From the NCBI GenBank assembly GCA_963798915.1, contig CAWCVB010000002.1, positions 608,001 through 672,000 of the forward strand: 64,000 nt of DNA, written 5' to 3'. The stretch's first letter is position 1, and every line of letters starts with the position of its first letter. A program made the translations under genes and the position numbers. The notes beneath the pieces are model-generated. The model was not told where the DNA came from and ran no database searches. It worked only from the letters and a program-made list of their open reading frames with translations. This document shows, piece by piece, positions 45,419-54,233 of the stretch. The DNA comes from an uncultured Gemmatimonadales bacterium. Lineage in GTDB: Bacteria; Gemmatimonadota; Gemmatimonadetes; Gemmatimonadales; GWC2-71-9.

Positions 45419-46021
45419 TTGTCCGACCATAGCCTCGCCCTGGAGCACCATACCACCACCGGCCTCGACAGCCGGAAGATCGCGATCTGGACCTTCATCG
45501 GGTCGGAGTGCATGTTCTTCGCCTCGCTGATCGGGACCTACCTGGTTTATCACGGGCAGAGCCCAAGTGGGCCGACGGCCGGCGAGACCCTCGAGATTCC
45601 GCTGGTCACCGGCGGCACCGCCGTCCTCCTGTTCAGCTCGTTCTTCGTGGTGATGGCGCTCAATGGCGCGCAGCGCGGCAAGCGAGGGTCGCTGCTTCTC
45701 TGGCTCAGCCTCACGGTGCTTGCCGGCCTCAGCTTCGTGGGGATGCAGGTCTACGAATTCTCGCACTTCGTGCATGAAGGCGTCACCATCAAGAGCAACC
45801 TGTTCGGGGCCACGTTCTTCACGCTCACTGGTTTCCATGGCACCCACGTCTCGATCGGGGTGCTCTGGCTCACGACGCTGCTCATCCTGGCCTTTCGCGG
45901 CAAGATCACGCCCGAGAAGGCGATCAACTTGGAGATCGCCGCACTGTATTGGCACTTCGTGGACGTGGTCTGGGTGGTGATCTTCCCGGTCGTGTACCTG
46001 ATGAAGGATTGGAAGCCCTGA
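45419..46021 (+). CDS. coxC: Cytochrome c oxidase subunit III (short form)
   Basis: WTFIGSECMFF, TGFHGTHV, LYWHFVDVVW; TTG start after GGAG. Confidence 0.94.
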   Translation: MSDHSLALEHHTTTGLDSRKIAIWTFIGSECMFFASLIGTYLVYHGQSPSGPTAGETLEIPLVTGGTAVLLFSSFFVVMALNGAQRGKRGSLLLWLSLTVLAGLSFVGMQVYEFSHFVHEGVTIKSNLFGATFFTLTGFHGTHVSIGVLWLTTLLILAFRGKITPEKAINLEIAALYWHFVDVVWVVIFPVVYLMKDWKP

Positions 46022-46031
46022 GGAGATCCGC

Positions 46032-46382
46032 ATGGAAGCGCATGTAGCCGAGGCCGACGCCCACAGCCATCCGGGCCCGGCGCTCTATTTCAAGATTGCC
46101 TTCGTGCTGTTCATCGTGACGGCACTGGAGGTCGCGACCTACGAGCTGTCGCATCGCGGCGGGACACCGCAGTCGATCGTGAAGCCGGTGCTGGTCCCGA
46201 TCCTGCTTGTCCTCAGCGCCGTCAAGTTCGCGCTGGTGGCCATGTTCTACATGCACCTGAAGCAGGACAACAAGCTCTTCTCGGGGCTGTTCGTCTTTCC
46301 ATTGATTATCGCCGCCATCATCGTGGTCTCGCTGATGCTGCTGATGTCCTACCACATGCACTACAACGCAGGCCTGGTGTGA
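46032..46382 (+). CDS. Cytochrome c oxidase subunit IV
   Basis: VTALEV, KFALVAMFYMHLK; operon position. Confidence 0.88.
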   Translation: MEAHVAEADAHSHPGPALYFKIAFVLFIVTALEVATYELSHRGGTPQSIVKPVLVPILLVLSAVKFALVAMFYMHLKQDNKLFSGLFVFPLIIAAIIVVSLMLLMSYHMHYNAGLV

Positions 46383-47254
46383 CGCTGCCGGGCCTGCTGC
46401 TGCATGCTCGCGCCCCGGCCACCGTGCCCTGGACACCGGCGCTCTCGCTGCACTGGAGTACACTGCTGGGCACTGCGGTCTTCGGTGCCCTTTATGTTTG
46501 GGGAATCACGGTGGCGCGTCGGCGCTGGAACCTGGGACCGCCGGCCGGCCGCTGGCGGGTGGCGGCCTTCAGCGCCGGACTCGCAATCCTGCTGGTCTCG
46601 CTCAATGGCCCGATCCACGACCTGAGCGACGATTATCTCTTCAGCGCCCACATGGTGCAGCACCTGCTGCTGACACTGGTCTTTCCACCGCTCATCCTGC
46701 TTGGGCTTCCCGGATGGCTCCTGCGGCCACTGGTACGACCAGCCTGGGTGCGGCATGCCGGCCGCCTGCTCGGTCACCCGCTCGTGGCCGGGGCGGTATT
46801 CACGGTGGCGCTGTCCGCCTGGCACCTGGTACCAGTCTACGATCTCATGATGCGCAACCACGACATTCATATCGTGGCCCACCTGCTGTTCATCGTGGCA
46901 GCCTTCATCATGTGGTGGCCGGTCATGAGCCCGGTCGAGGAACTGCCCCGGCTCCCGCCCGCACTCGGCATGCTCTATCTGTTCCTTGTCAGCGTCCCGA
47001 TGCAGATCCCGGCCGCCATGATCTCCATGGCGGATTCGCCACTCTACGAATGGTACGTCCGAGCACCGCGCACCTTCGGGCTCTCGCCGCTGGAGGACCA
47101 GCGCATCGGTGGCCTGCTGATGTGGATACCCGGCAACCTCTGGATGTTCGGGGCGATCGGCGTGCTCTTCTTCCTCTGGAACCGGGAACAGGTGCGGGAG
47201 GATGCGCGGGACGCGCTGCTGGGTGCCGCCGGACGCCTGGGCGTCCAGCGTTGA
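46379..47254 (+). CDS. ctaG: caa3-type cytochrome c oxidase assembly factor CtaG
   Basis: YLFSAHMVQHLLL, WHL, DQRIGGLLMW. Confidence 0.88.
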   Translation: MTLPGLLLHARAPATVPWTPALSLHWSTLLGTAVFGALYVWGITVARRRWNLGPPAGRWRVAAFSAGLAILLVSLNGPIHDLSDDYLFSAHMVQHLLLTLVFPPLILLGLPGWLLRPLVRPAWVRHAGRLLGHPLVAGAVFTVALSAWHLVPVYDLMMRNHDIHIVAHLLFIVAAFIMWWPVMSPVEELPRLPPALGMLYLFLVSVPMQIPAAMISMADSPLYEWYVRAPRTFGLSPLEDQRIGGLLMWIPGNLWMFGAIGVLFFLWNREQVREDARDALLGAAGRLGVQR

Positions 47255-48693
47255 CGACCGGACCGGCTGCGGGCACGCGCCGTGGTGGGGCGCCAGGGTG
47301 GCTGCGCCGCTGCTTGATGGCAGTACTGATGCTGATGCCCAGCCCGGCATGGGCGCAGGGAAAGGCGCCGCCCGACTTTGATGCCCTCGCCCGCGAGGTC
47401 ACCACCTGGCTCGCCGGTTATCTTCGCGTGGAGACCGTCAACCCGCCGGGCAACGAGACCGCCGGCGCTCACTACCTGCAACAACTCCTGGCCAACGAGG
47501 GAATCGAAAGCCGGATCCTGGAGAGCGCGCCGGGTCGGGGGAATCTCTATGCCCGGCTTCGCGGCACCGGGAAGCGCAGGCCGCTGATCCTCCTGCACCA
47601 CATCGATGTGGTGCCGGTGGACTCGAGCGAGTGGACCATGCCGCCCTTCGGGGGCGAGCTTCGGGACGGCTATCTCTACGGCCGGGGCGCGCTCGATACC
47701 AAGGGCGAGGGGATCATCCAGCTGGCAGCGATGGTCGCGCTCAAGCGGCGGGGCATTCCACTCTCGCGCGACATCATCTACCTCGCCAACGCGGACGAAG
47801 AAACCGGCTCCACCGGCGCCGACTGGTTCAGCACCGAACACGCCGACCTGGTGCGCGACGCCGAGTTTCTGATCAATGAAGGCGGGACCAATCTGGCCGA
47901 CTCGGCCGGCCGCACCATCTTCTACGGCCTCGATGTGACCGAGAAAGTCCCGTCGTGGATTCACCTGAATGCCCACGGCACCGGCGGTCACGGCTCGGTG
48001 CCAACGGCCGACAATCCGGCGGCGCGTATTGCACGCGCGCTGGGCCGGCTGGCCGAGTGGGAGACGCCGCTGACGCTGACGCCGCCGGCCGAGAGCTTCC
48101 TCAAGGCATCGGCAGCATTCGAGCAGGAACCCCGGCACCGGGCCTGGCTGTCGGATCCGGCGGCGGCCCTGGCGGATTCAGCAGGCCGGGCGTTCCTCCT
48201 CTCGGACCCGTATCGCAACGCAATTCTTCGTAACACCGTGTCGATCACGGTCATGCGCGGCTCCAACAAGACCAACATCATCCCGTCACGTGCCTCGGCC
48301 GAGGTGGACATCCGGCTGCTGCCCGGCACGGATCACGACGAATTCATGGATGATGTTCGCCACGTCATTGACGATTCGCTGGTAGAGGTCACCGCCGTCT
48401 CGGCGCCGCGCGAGGCGTCCAGCGCGCCCCTCAGCGGCGCGCTGGTGGATGCCCTCCGGAAGACCGTCGCGGCAATGGATCCGGGCGTGCCCATCACCAC
48501 GCCGATGCTCACTGGCTTTACCGACAGCTACTATTATCGCCGCCTCGGCATTGGCGCATACGGCGTCGATCCGTTTCGCCTCTCGGAGGCGGAGAACGCC
48601 ACGGTCCACGGCACCGACGAGCGGGTGAGCCTGGCGAACATCCGGTTCGGGACGGAATTCTTCTATCGGCTGGTGGAGCGGGTAGCGCGGTAG
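47251..48693 (+). CDS. M20/M25/M40-family metallopeptidase, secreted; start uncertain
   Basis: NPPGNE, HHIDVVP, GRGALDTKG, ADEETG, NEGG, GFTDS, HGTDE. Confidence 0.9.
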   Translation: MTTGPAAGTRRGGAPGWLRRCLMAVLMLMPSPAWAQGKAPPDFDALAREVTTWLAGYLRVETVNPPGNETAGAHYLQQLLANEGIESRILESAPGRGNLYARLRGTGKRRPLILLHHIDVVPVDSSEWTMPPFGGELRDGYLYGRGALDTKGEGIIQLAAMVALKRRGIPLSRDIIYLANADEETGSTGADWFSTEHADLVRDAEFLINEGGTNLADSAGRTIFYGLDVTEKVPSWIHLNAHGTGGHGSVPTADNPAARIARALGRLAEWETPLTLTPPAESFLKASAAFEQEPRHRAWLSDPAAALADSAGRAFLLSDPYRNAILRNTVSITVMRGSNKTNIIPSRASAEVDIRLLPGTDHDEFMDDVRHVIDDSLVEVTAVSAPREASSAPLSGALVDALRKTVAAMDPGVPITTPMLTGFTDSYYYRRLGIGAYGVDPFRLSEAENATVHGTDERVSLANIRFGTEFFYRLVERVAR

Positions 48694-48742
48694 GGGCGCA
48701 TCAGGTTGCGTTCCTTCGGGCGCCAGACTCGTTCGCCCCTGC
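48690..48742. repeat. Degenerate inverted REP pair (REPIN-like)
   Basis: GTAGGGGCG...CGCCCCTGC; the peptidase TAG stop lies inside the GTAG. Confidence 0.5.
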
Positions 48743-48755
48743 GGGGCGACGGACA

Positions 48756-49196
48756 ATGAACGCGGACATCCAAATGCCCCACGACCATACGCCCAACAAC
48801 GACCACCGCCTGCTTGCCATCGGCGGCATCCTGGCCGGCCTGGGCGTGGCGGCCGGCGCCTTCGCGGCCCACGCGCTGCGAACTCGGCTGGCTCCCGACA
48901 TGCTCGCGGTGTTCCACACCGGTGCCACCTATGAAATGCTCCACGGTATCGCGATTGTGGCCGTCGCAGGTGCCATGTCGCATTTTGACCGCGGCCGGCT
49001 GCGAGCCGCCTGCTGGCTCTTCATTGCAGGGATCGTGCTGTTCTCAGGAAGCCTTTATCTGCTGGCGATGACTGGCACGAGGGCGTTCGGCCTGGTCACT
49101 CCGCTGGGCGGACTGGCATTGCTGGCGGGATGGGCGATGGTGGTGGCAGGGGCGAAGAAAGGCGGGAAGACGGGAAGGCGGGACGACGGGAGGTAG
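48756..49196 (+). CDS. DUF423 family membrane protein
   Basis: GAFAAHAL, GIVLFSGSLYLL, TPLGG. Confidence 0.9.
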   Translation: MNADIQMPHDHTPNNDHRLLAIGGILAGLGVAAGAFAAHALRTRLAPDMLAVFHTGATYEMLHGIAIVAVAGAMSHFDRGRLRAACWLFIAGIVLFSGSLYLLAMTGTRAFGLVTPLGGLALLAGWAMVVAGAKKGGKTGRRDDGR

Positions 49197-49239
49197 GCGT
49201 TGGCCAAAGCCTGATTCGCCCGCCGACTTTGTCGCCTGC

Positions 49240-50163
49240 CTAGCTTCCCTCCTGCCCGTCCTGCCCGTCCTGCCCGTCCTGCAAGGCCATCCCCATCGCG
49301 TGGTATCCATTATCCACGAAGAGCACGGTGCCGGTGATGGCGGCGGCGAGGGGGCTCGCGAGGAAGGCCGCGGCGTGCCCCACATCGTCTGCCTCGAAGT
49401 GACGGGTGAGCGGCGAATTGGATTCGGAGTAACGGATCATCGTGTCAATGAAGCCGATGGCGCTGGCCGCACGGGACGCCCAGGGGCCGGCGCTGATGCA
49501 GTTGACTCGCACGCCCCACCGCCGGCCCGCCTCAAACGCCAGTGTTCGCGTATCCGACTCGAGCGCCGCCTTGGCTGACGACATGCCGCCGCCATAGCCG
49601 GGAATCACCCGCTCGCTCGCCATGTAGGTGAGCGACACGAATGAGCCGGCCGAGCGCATCAAAGGCGAGAGCGCCCGCACCAGCGCGACGTTGCTGTACG
49701 CGCTCACGCTCAACGCCTCGAGGTAGCCGCGCCGGCTGGTGTCCACCAGCGGATTCTTCACCTCTGGTCCATTGGCGAGGCTGTGGACCACGATGTCGAG
49801 GCCCTGCTCGCCGAAATCAGTTCGCAGGCGCTCGGTCAATCCTGCGATGGTGAAGTCACCTCGTTCGGCGTACCGCTTGCTCTCGCGAACCGACGCCGGC
49901 ACCTGGTCCATGGAATCGAAGGCCGCGTCGAGCGGATAAATCCGTTCAAACTCCATCCGTGCCCCATCCTGGAGGGTCATGGAGCTGTCCATCTTGCCGC
50001 GTTCGAGCAGTTTCTCGAAGATGCCCATCGCCGGCGGCCAGGTGCCCACACAGATGCTGGCCCCCGCCTGGGCCAGCGACTTGGCAATCGCGAAACCGAA
50101 TCCGCCGTCATCAGCGACGCCCGCGACGAAGGCTCGCTTTCCGGAGAGATCGATGGGAAGCAT
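49240..50163 (-). CDS. fabI: Enoyl-ACP reductase, long chlamydial/plastid type
   Basis: [51 protein letters not shown]. Confidence 0.92.
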   Translation of the reverse strand: MLPIDLSGKRAFVAGVADDGGFGFAIAKSLAQAGASICVGTWPPAMGIFEKLLERGKMDSSMTLQDGARMEFERIYPLDAAFDSMDQVPASVRESKRYAERGDFTIAGLTERLRTDFGEQGLDIVVHSLANGPEVKNPLVDTSRRGYLEALSVSAYSNVALVRALSPLMRSAGSFVSLTYMASERVIPGYGGGMSSAKAALESDTRTLAFEAGRRWGVRVNCISAGPWASRAASAIGFIDTMIRYSESNSPLTRHFEADDVGHAAAFLASPLAAAITGTVLFVDNGYHAMGMALQDGQDGQDGQEGS

Positions 50164-50199
50164 GATGGTCCTGGTTGAGGGTAATGGGCTGGCTGCCAG

Positions 50200-50271
50200 G
50201 CGCTCTGCGCTATGAGCCAAGCGCTATGCGCCAGGAGCGCCTGACACCAAAGCGCACAGCGCACAGCGCTC
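50200..50271. repeat. Degenerate inverted heptamer arrays (GCGCTAT-like / AGCGCAC)
   Basis: gcgctct gcgctat gagccaa gcgctat gcgccag ... agcgcac agcgcac agcgctc. Confidence 0.7.
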
Positions 50272-50314
50272 TAAGCCTAAGGCTTAAGCCCATCTTCGCA
50301 CAGCCCTCAGCGCC

Positions 50315-52837
50315 TCACTCCAGCATCCCGCGCAGCACACCCAGCGGCGTTTGTCGAGCGACGTCGAGCGCTGACCAGAGACCGACCAGCATGGTGAGCA
50401 CGGCCGTGGAGACGACGAGTGCCGCGATCGCCCCGGCCGGCACCGAGAACGGCACCTGGAAGACCCAGTGTGCCAGCGCCCAGCCGCCGGCGCCGCCCAG
50501 CAGCACGGCCGCCAGGCCGGCCACCAGGCCAAGGGCGCCGTATTCCGCCAGCGCAATGCCAACCAGCTGGCGCCGGCTCGCGCCCAGCGTGCGAAGAAGC
50601 GCGCCCTCGCGCACTCGCTGAAACCGGCTGGTTGCGATGGTGCCCACGAGCACCACCAGTCCGGTCAGGAGACTGAAGAGCGCCATGAACCGAATGGCAA
50701 GCGTCACCTTGCCGAGCAATCTGGCAATTGCATCCTGCACAAAGGTGAGGTCCAGTGAGGTGATGTTCGGATAGCGTTCGGCAATGCGTCGCGAGAGCGT
50801 GCCGCGCAGTCCGGCGCCCTCGATCCGCACCAGCGTCACCCAGGTGTGGGGCGCTTCTTCGAGCACGCCCGGTTCGAAGACCACGAAGAAATTGGGTTCG
50901 AACCGGGCCCAGTCCACCGTGCGGATGCTCGCGACCCTGGTCGGGATCATGGAGCCCTGCACGTCCCAGACGACGGCATCGCCCACCGAGACGCCAAGTT
51001 CCTGGGCGACGTCCTGCTCCATCGACACGCGAGCCGTATCCGGACGAGGTCCGCGCCACCACTGACCCGCCACCAGCTTTTCGGAGGACACCATGCTGTC
51101 GCGCCAGGTCGACCGGTACTCCCGCCGAAGCGCCCAGCGTCCCTGGTGGAGTGAGTCGGTCAGCAGCGCGCTTACCGGCACGCCGCGTACCGAGGCGATT
51201 CTCATTGGCACAATGGCGACCGGCGGCGACGGCACGACTGCCGACGCGCGAAGCAGCGAGTCCAGGCCCGACAGCTGCGACGGCTGCACGTCGAAGAACA
51301 CCATGTTGGCGTTGCGCGAAGCGGGGGAGGAGACGTCGAGCGCAGCGAGCAGCGTATGCTGCACCAGCAGAACGGCGGCCAGCAGGAACCCACCGAAGCC
51401 GATCGCCAGGATGACCGTGGTCGTCTGGTTGCCGGGGCGTCGCAGGTTGAGCACGCCCTGCCGCGCCGCATACGGGAGCCCGGTGGCCAGCCAGCGGGCT
51501 GCCCGGGTGAGCGCCGCCGCCGTCAGGCGAAGCAGCAGGAGCACCAGCAGGACGGCCAAGGCAAAGAAGGCACCGGTCTGCCAGCGTCCCGATTGCCAGA
51601 CCGAAAGCAGTACCACAGTGGCGCACAATGCGACCAGCGTGGCCGCGCGCCACCAGTCGCGGCCAGGCTCCGCGGGCGCGACTTCGCGGCGGAGGGCGGC
51701 CAGCGGCGGGACTCGCCGCACTTCCAGCAGCGGAAGCAGGGCAAACGCGACGGCGACCCATACGCCCATGATCATGCCGGCGGCCGCTGAGCCCCACGAT
51801 GGTGCGAAGACGACGTCCACCGGAATCAAGTCGCCCAGCAGGCGGGGCAAGGCCTGCTGCACCAGGAGTCCGATCCCCGCGCCAAGCAGGCTGCCAGCCA
51901 GCGCCAGCAGAGCTGCTTGCGTGAGGTAGACACCGACCATCTGGCGCGACGTCGCGCCCAGACATCGCAGCATCGCGATGGTGGGGAGCTTGCCACGGAT
52001 GTGCACATGAATGGCGCTGGCGACGCCCAGGCCGCCCAGCAGCAACGCGACCAGCGCCACCAGTCCGAGAAAATTCGCGAGGCGCGTCAGGGCGTTGTCC
52101 AGTCGCGCCCGATCATCGGCGGCGGTCGTAATCCGCACGCGCTCCGTCCGGAGCCGCGGCCGCCAGAGTGCCGCGAGCTTCTGGACGTCGGCGCCCGGCG
52201 CCAGCTTCACGAACGTGGCGTACTCCACCCGTGCGCCAAACCCCAGCAGCCCGGTGGCCTCGAGGTAGGCGCCATTCATGAAGGCCCTGGGGCCGAATGC
52301 GTTCCGGACACCGACGTCGCCCGGCACTGCGACGATGGTACCGACCACCTGGAGGCGGGCCTCCCCCACGGCGATGGTGTCGCCCACATTGATGTCGAGC
52401 GAGGCAAGAAGCGACGGGTCAACGATGGCGTGAGGACCGTCCTGCAATCGCTGCCAGGCCCCGGCAGGCGAAGTCTCGATCGTGCCGTAGAATGGCCAGC
52501 CGCCCCGCACCGCGCTCATCTGCGTCAGGCGCGCGCTCTGGCTGGTGCTGGCATAGGTCATGGCGCTGAAGCTGGTCACCGCCGACGTCGTGCCGCCGAT
52601 GGTGTCCAGTGCGGCGCGGCCAACCTGGGGCAGCGGTGACCGGCTTTCCAGGGCCAGGTCCGCGCCCAGCAGCGCCTGTGCCTCGCTGGCAATGGAATCG
52701 CGCAGGTTGCTGGTGAAGCCGTTGATGGCGACGAGCGCCGCGACGCCGGCGGTGACGCCGGCGGCCAGCAGCAGGAGGCGGCGTGCGCTTGCCCGGGCCT
52801 CGCGCTGGGCCATGCGGAAGACGAACGGCAGCGTCAT
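50315..52837 (-). CDS. ABC transporter permease, YbbP/FtsX-like
   Basis: Two FtsX-like TM blocks (IAMLRCLGA, ALLRTLGA); RREYRST and PNFFVVF; next to ATPase and tesA. Confidence 0.9.
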   Translation of the reverse strand: MTLPFVFRMAQREARASARRLLLLAAGVTAGVAALVAINGFTSNLRDSIASEAQALLGADLALESRSPLPQVGRAALDTIGGTTSAVTSFSAMTYASTSQSARLTQMSAVRGGWPFYGTIETSPAGAWQRLQDGPHAIVDPSLLASLDINVGDTIAVGEARLQVVGTIVAVPGDVGVRNAFGPRAFMNGAYLEATGLLGFGARVEYATFVKLAPGADVQKLAALWRPRLRTERVRITTAADDRARLDNALTRLANFLGLVALVALLLGGLGVASAIHVHIRGKLPTIAMLRCLGATSRQMVGVYLTQAALLALAGSLLGAGIGLLVQQALPRLLGDLIPVDVVFAPSWGSAAAGMIMGVWVAVAFALLPLLEVRRVPPLAALRREVAPAEPGRDWWRAATLVALCATVVLLSVWQSGRWQTGAFFALAVLLVLLLLRLTAAALTRAARWLATGLPYAARQGVLNLRRPGNQTTTVILAIGFGGFLLAAVLLVQHTLLAALDVSSPASRNANMVFFDVQPSQLSGLDSLLRASAVVPSPPVAIVPMRIASVRGVPVSALLTDSLHQGRWALRREYRSTWRDSMVSSEKLVAGQWWRGPRPDTARVSMEQDVAQELGVSVGDAVVWDVQGSMIPTRVASIRTVDWARFEPNFFVVFEPGVLEEAPHTWVTLVRIEGAGLRGTLSRRIAERYPNITSLDLTFVQDAIARLLGKVTLAIRFMALFSLLTGLVVLVGTIATSRFQRVREGALLRTLGASRRQLVGIALAEYGALGLVAGLAAVLLGGAGGWALAHWVFQVPFSVPAGAIAALVVSTAVLTMLVGLWSALDVARQTPLGVLRGMLE

Positions 52838-53502
52838 GCCGCGCTGTCGCTCACGATCTGTCCGTCGGCCAGGTGCACGATGCGACGCGCCTGTTCGGCC
52901 AGCGACGGATCGTGGGTGACGAGGACCAGTGTCGTCCCGTGCGAGTGGTTCAGCCGGTTCATCAGTGCAATGATCGTGGCGCCGGTGGTGGCATCGAGGT
53001 TGCCGGTCGGCTCGTCCGCAAAGAGAATGCGTGGCGTGTTGACGAACGCACGCGCGAGCGCCACCCGCTGCTGTTCACCGCCTGAGAGCTGCGCCGGATA
53101 GTGATGCTCACGGCCGCCGAGGCCGACATCGGCCAGAAGCGCCCTGGCGCGCTGGAGGTCGGGCCGGCCAAGGAGTTCGAGCGGTACCAGCACATTTTCG
53201 AGCGCGGTGAGCGTCGGCACCAGCTGGAACGACTGGAAAACGAAGCCCACCCGCTCCCCACGGAGCCGGGCCCGGTCGTCCTCCGAGAGCCGATCGAGAC
53301 GCACCCCATCGAGCGTCACGGTGCCCTCGCTGGGCTGGTCCAGCCCGGCCAGCAGGCCCAGCAGGGTAGTCTTGCCGCTCCCGCTTGGTCCCACGATCGC
53401 GAGGAACGCCCCCGCTTCCGCGGAGAGCGTGATATTGTTGAGCACTGTGAGCATGCTGCCGCCCGACTGGTACCGTCTGGTGAGCCCTTCGCAACTGATC
53501 AT
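52834..53502 (-). CDS. ABC transporter ATP-binding protein, YbbA-like
   Basis: GPSGSGKT, LSGGEQQR, FADEPTGNLD. Confidence 0.94.
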   Translation of the reverse strand: MISCEGLTRRYQSGGSMLTVLNNITLSAEAGAFLAIVGPSGSGKTTLLGLLAGLDQPSEGTVTLDGVRLDRLSEDDRARLRGERVGFVFQSFQLVPTLTALENVLVPLELLGRPDLQRARALLADVGLGGREHHYPAQLSGGEQQRVALARAFVNTPRILFADEPTGNLDATTGATIIALMNRLNHSHGTTLVLVTHDPSLAEQARRIVHLADGQIVSDSAA

Positions 53503-53526
53503 CGTCCATCCTGAGGTTCTGGAATC

Positions 53527-54201
53527 CTGCAAAGATACCTGACCCCGCTCCTCCTGCTGCTCGCGGCATGCGGCGGCGCCGATCGCAGCGACCCGCCTGC
53601 GGCGGCCTCCGGCGGGACACCATCCGCACGCCGCGATAACCGACCGGCGATCGTGTTTGTGGGCACCAGCCTGACCGCAGGCCTGGGCGTGGACCCCTCG
53701 GAGTCGTATCCCGCGCTGATCCAGCAGAAGCTTGATTCCGCGGGTCTCGACTATCGTGTGGTGAACGCGGGGGTGAGTGGTGAGACATCATCCGACGCGC
53801 GTGCGCGTATCGGCTGGCTGCTCCGCGCGAACCCGGCCGTGCTGGTGGTGGAGACGGGTGCCAACGACGGGCTGCGGGGCCTCAGCGTCGAAGCGCTCCA
53901 GGCGAATCTGGACACGATCCTGACGGTGGCGAGGCGCCATGTCCCCGGTCCGCAGCTTGTGGTCATCGGGATGGAAGCCCCGCCCAATCTCGGCCGGCCC
54001 TACACGTCGGCGTTCCGCGAGGTCTTCCCGCGCGAGGCGGAGCGGCATGACGCCGCACTGGTGCCGTTCCTGCTGGCAGGTGTGGGCGGTGTGGACTCGC
54101 TGAATCAGGCGGACGGCCTGCATCCGACCGCAGCCGGTCACCGGATCCTGGCCACGACGGTATGGCGGGTACTCAGGAGCGTGCTGGACAGTACCCGGTA
54201 G
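53527..54201 (+). CDS. tesA: Arylesterase/TesA (SGNH) lipoprotein; probable CTG start
   Basis: GTSLTAG, NAGVSGETS, GANDG, DGLHP; in-frame signal QRYLTPLLLLLAAC upstream of the track start. Confidence 0.88.
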   Translation: MQRYLTPLLLLLAACGGADRSDPPAAASGGTPSARRDNRPAIVFVGTSLTAGLGVDPSESYPALIQQKLDSAGLDYRVVNAGVSGETSSDARARIGWLLRANPAVLVVETGANDGLRGLSVEALQANLDTILTVARRHVPGPQLVVIGMEAPPNLGRPYTSAFREVFPREAERHDAALVPFLLAGVGGVDSLNQADGLHPTAAGHRILATTVWRVLRSVLDSTR

Positions 54202-54233
54202 CAGCGCAGGAAGAGCGGAGTTGTGCGGGCGCG

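Noticed and set aside
46498..47250. 731-aa ORF suggesting a long N-terminal extension of the M20 peptidase
   Set aside because: It overlaps ctaG in another frame; the signal peptide begins after 47251
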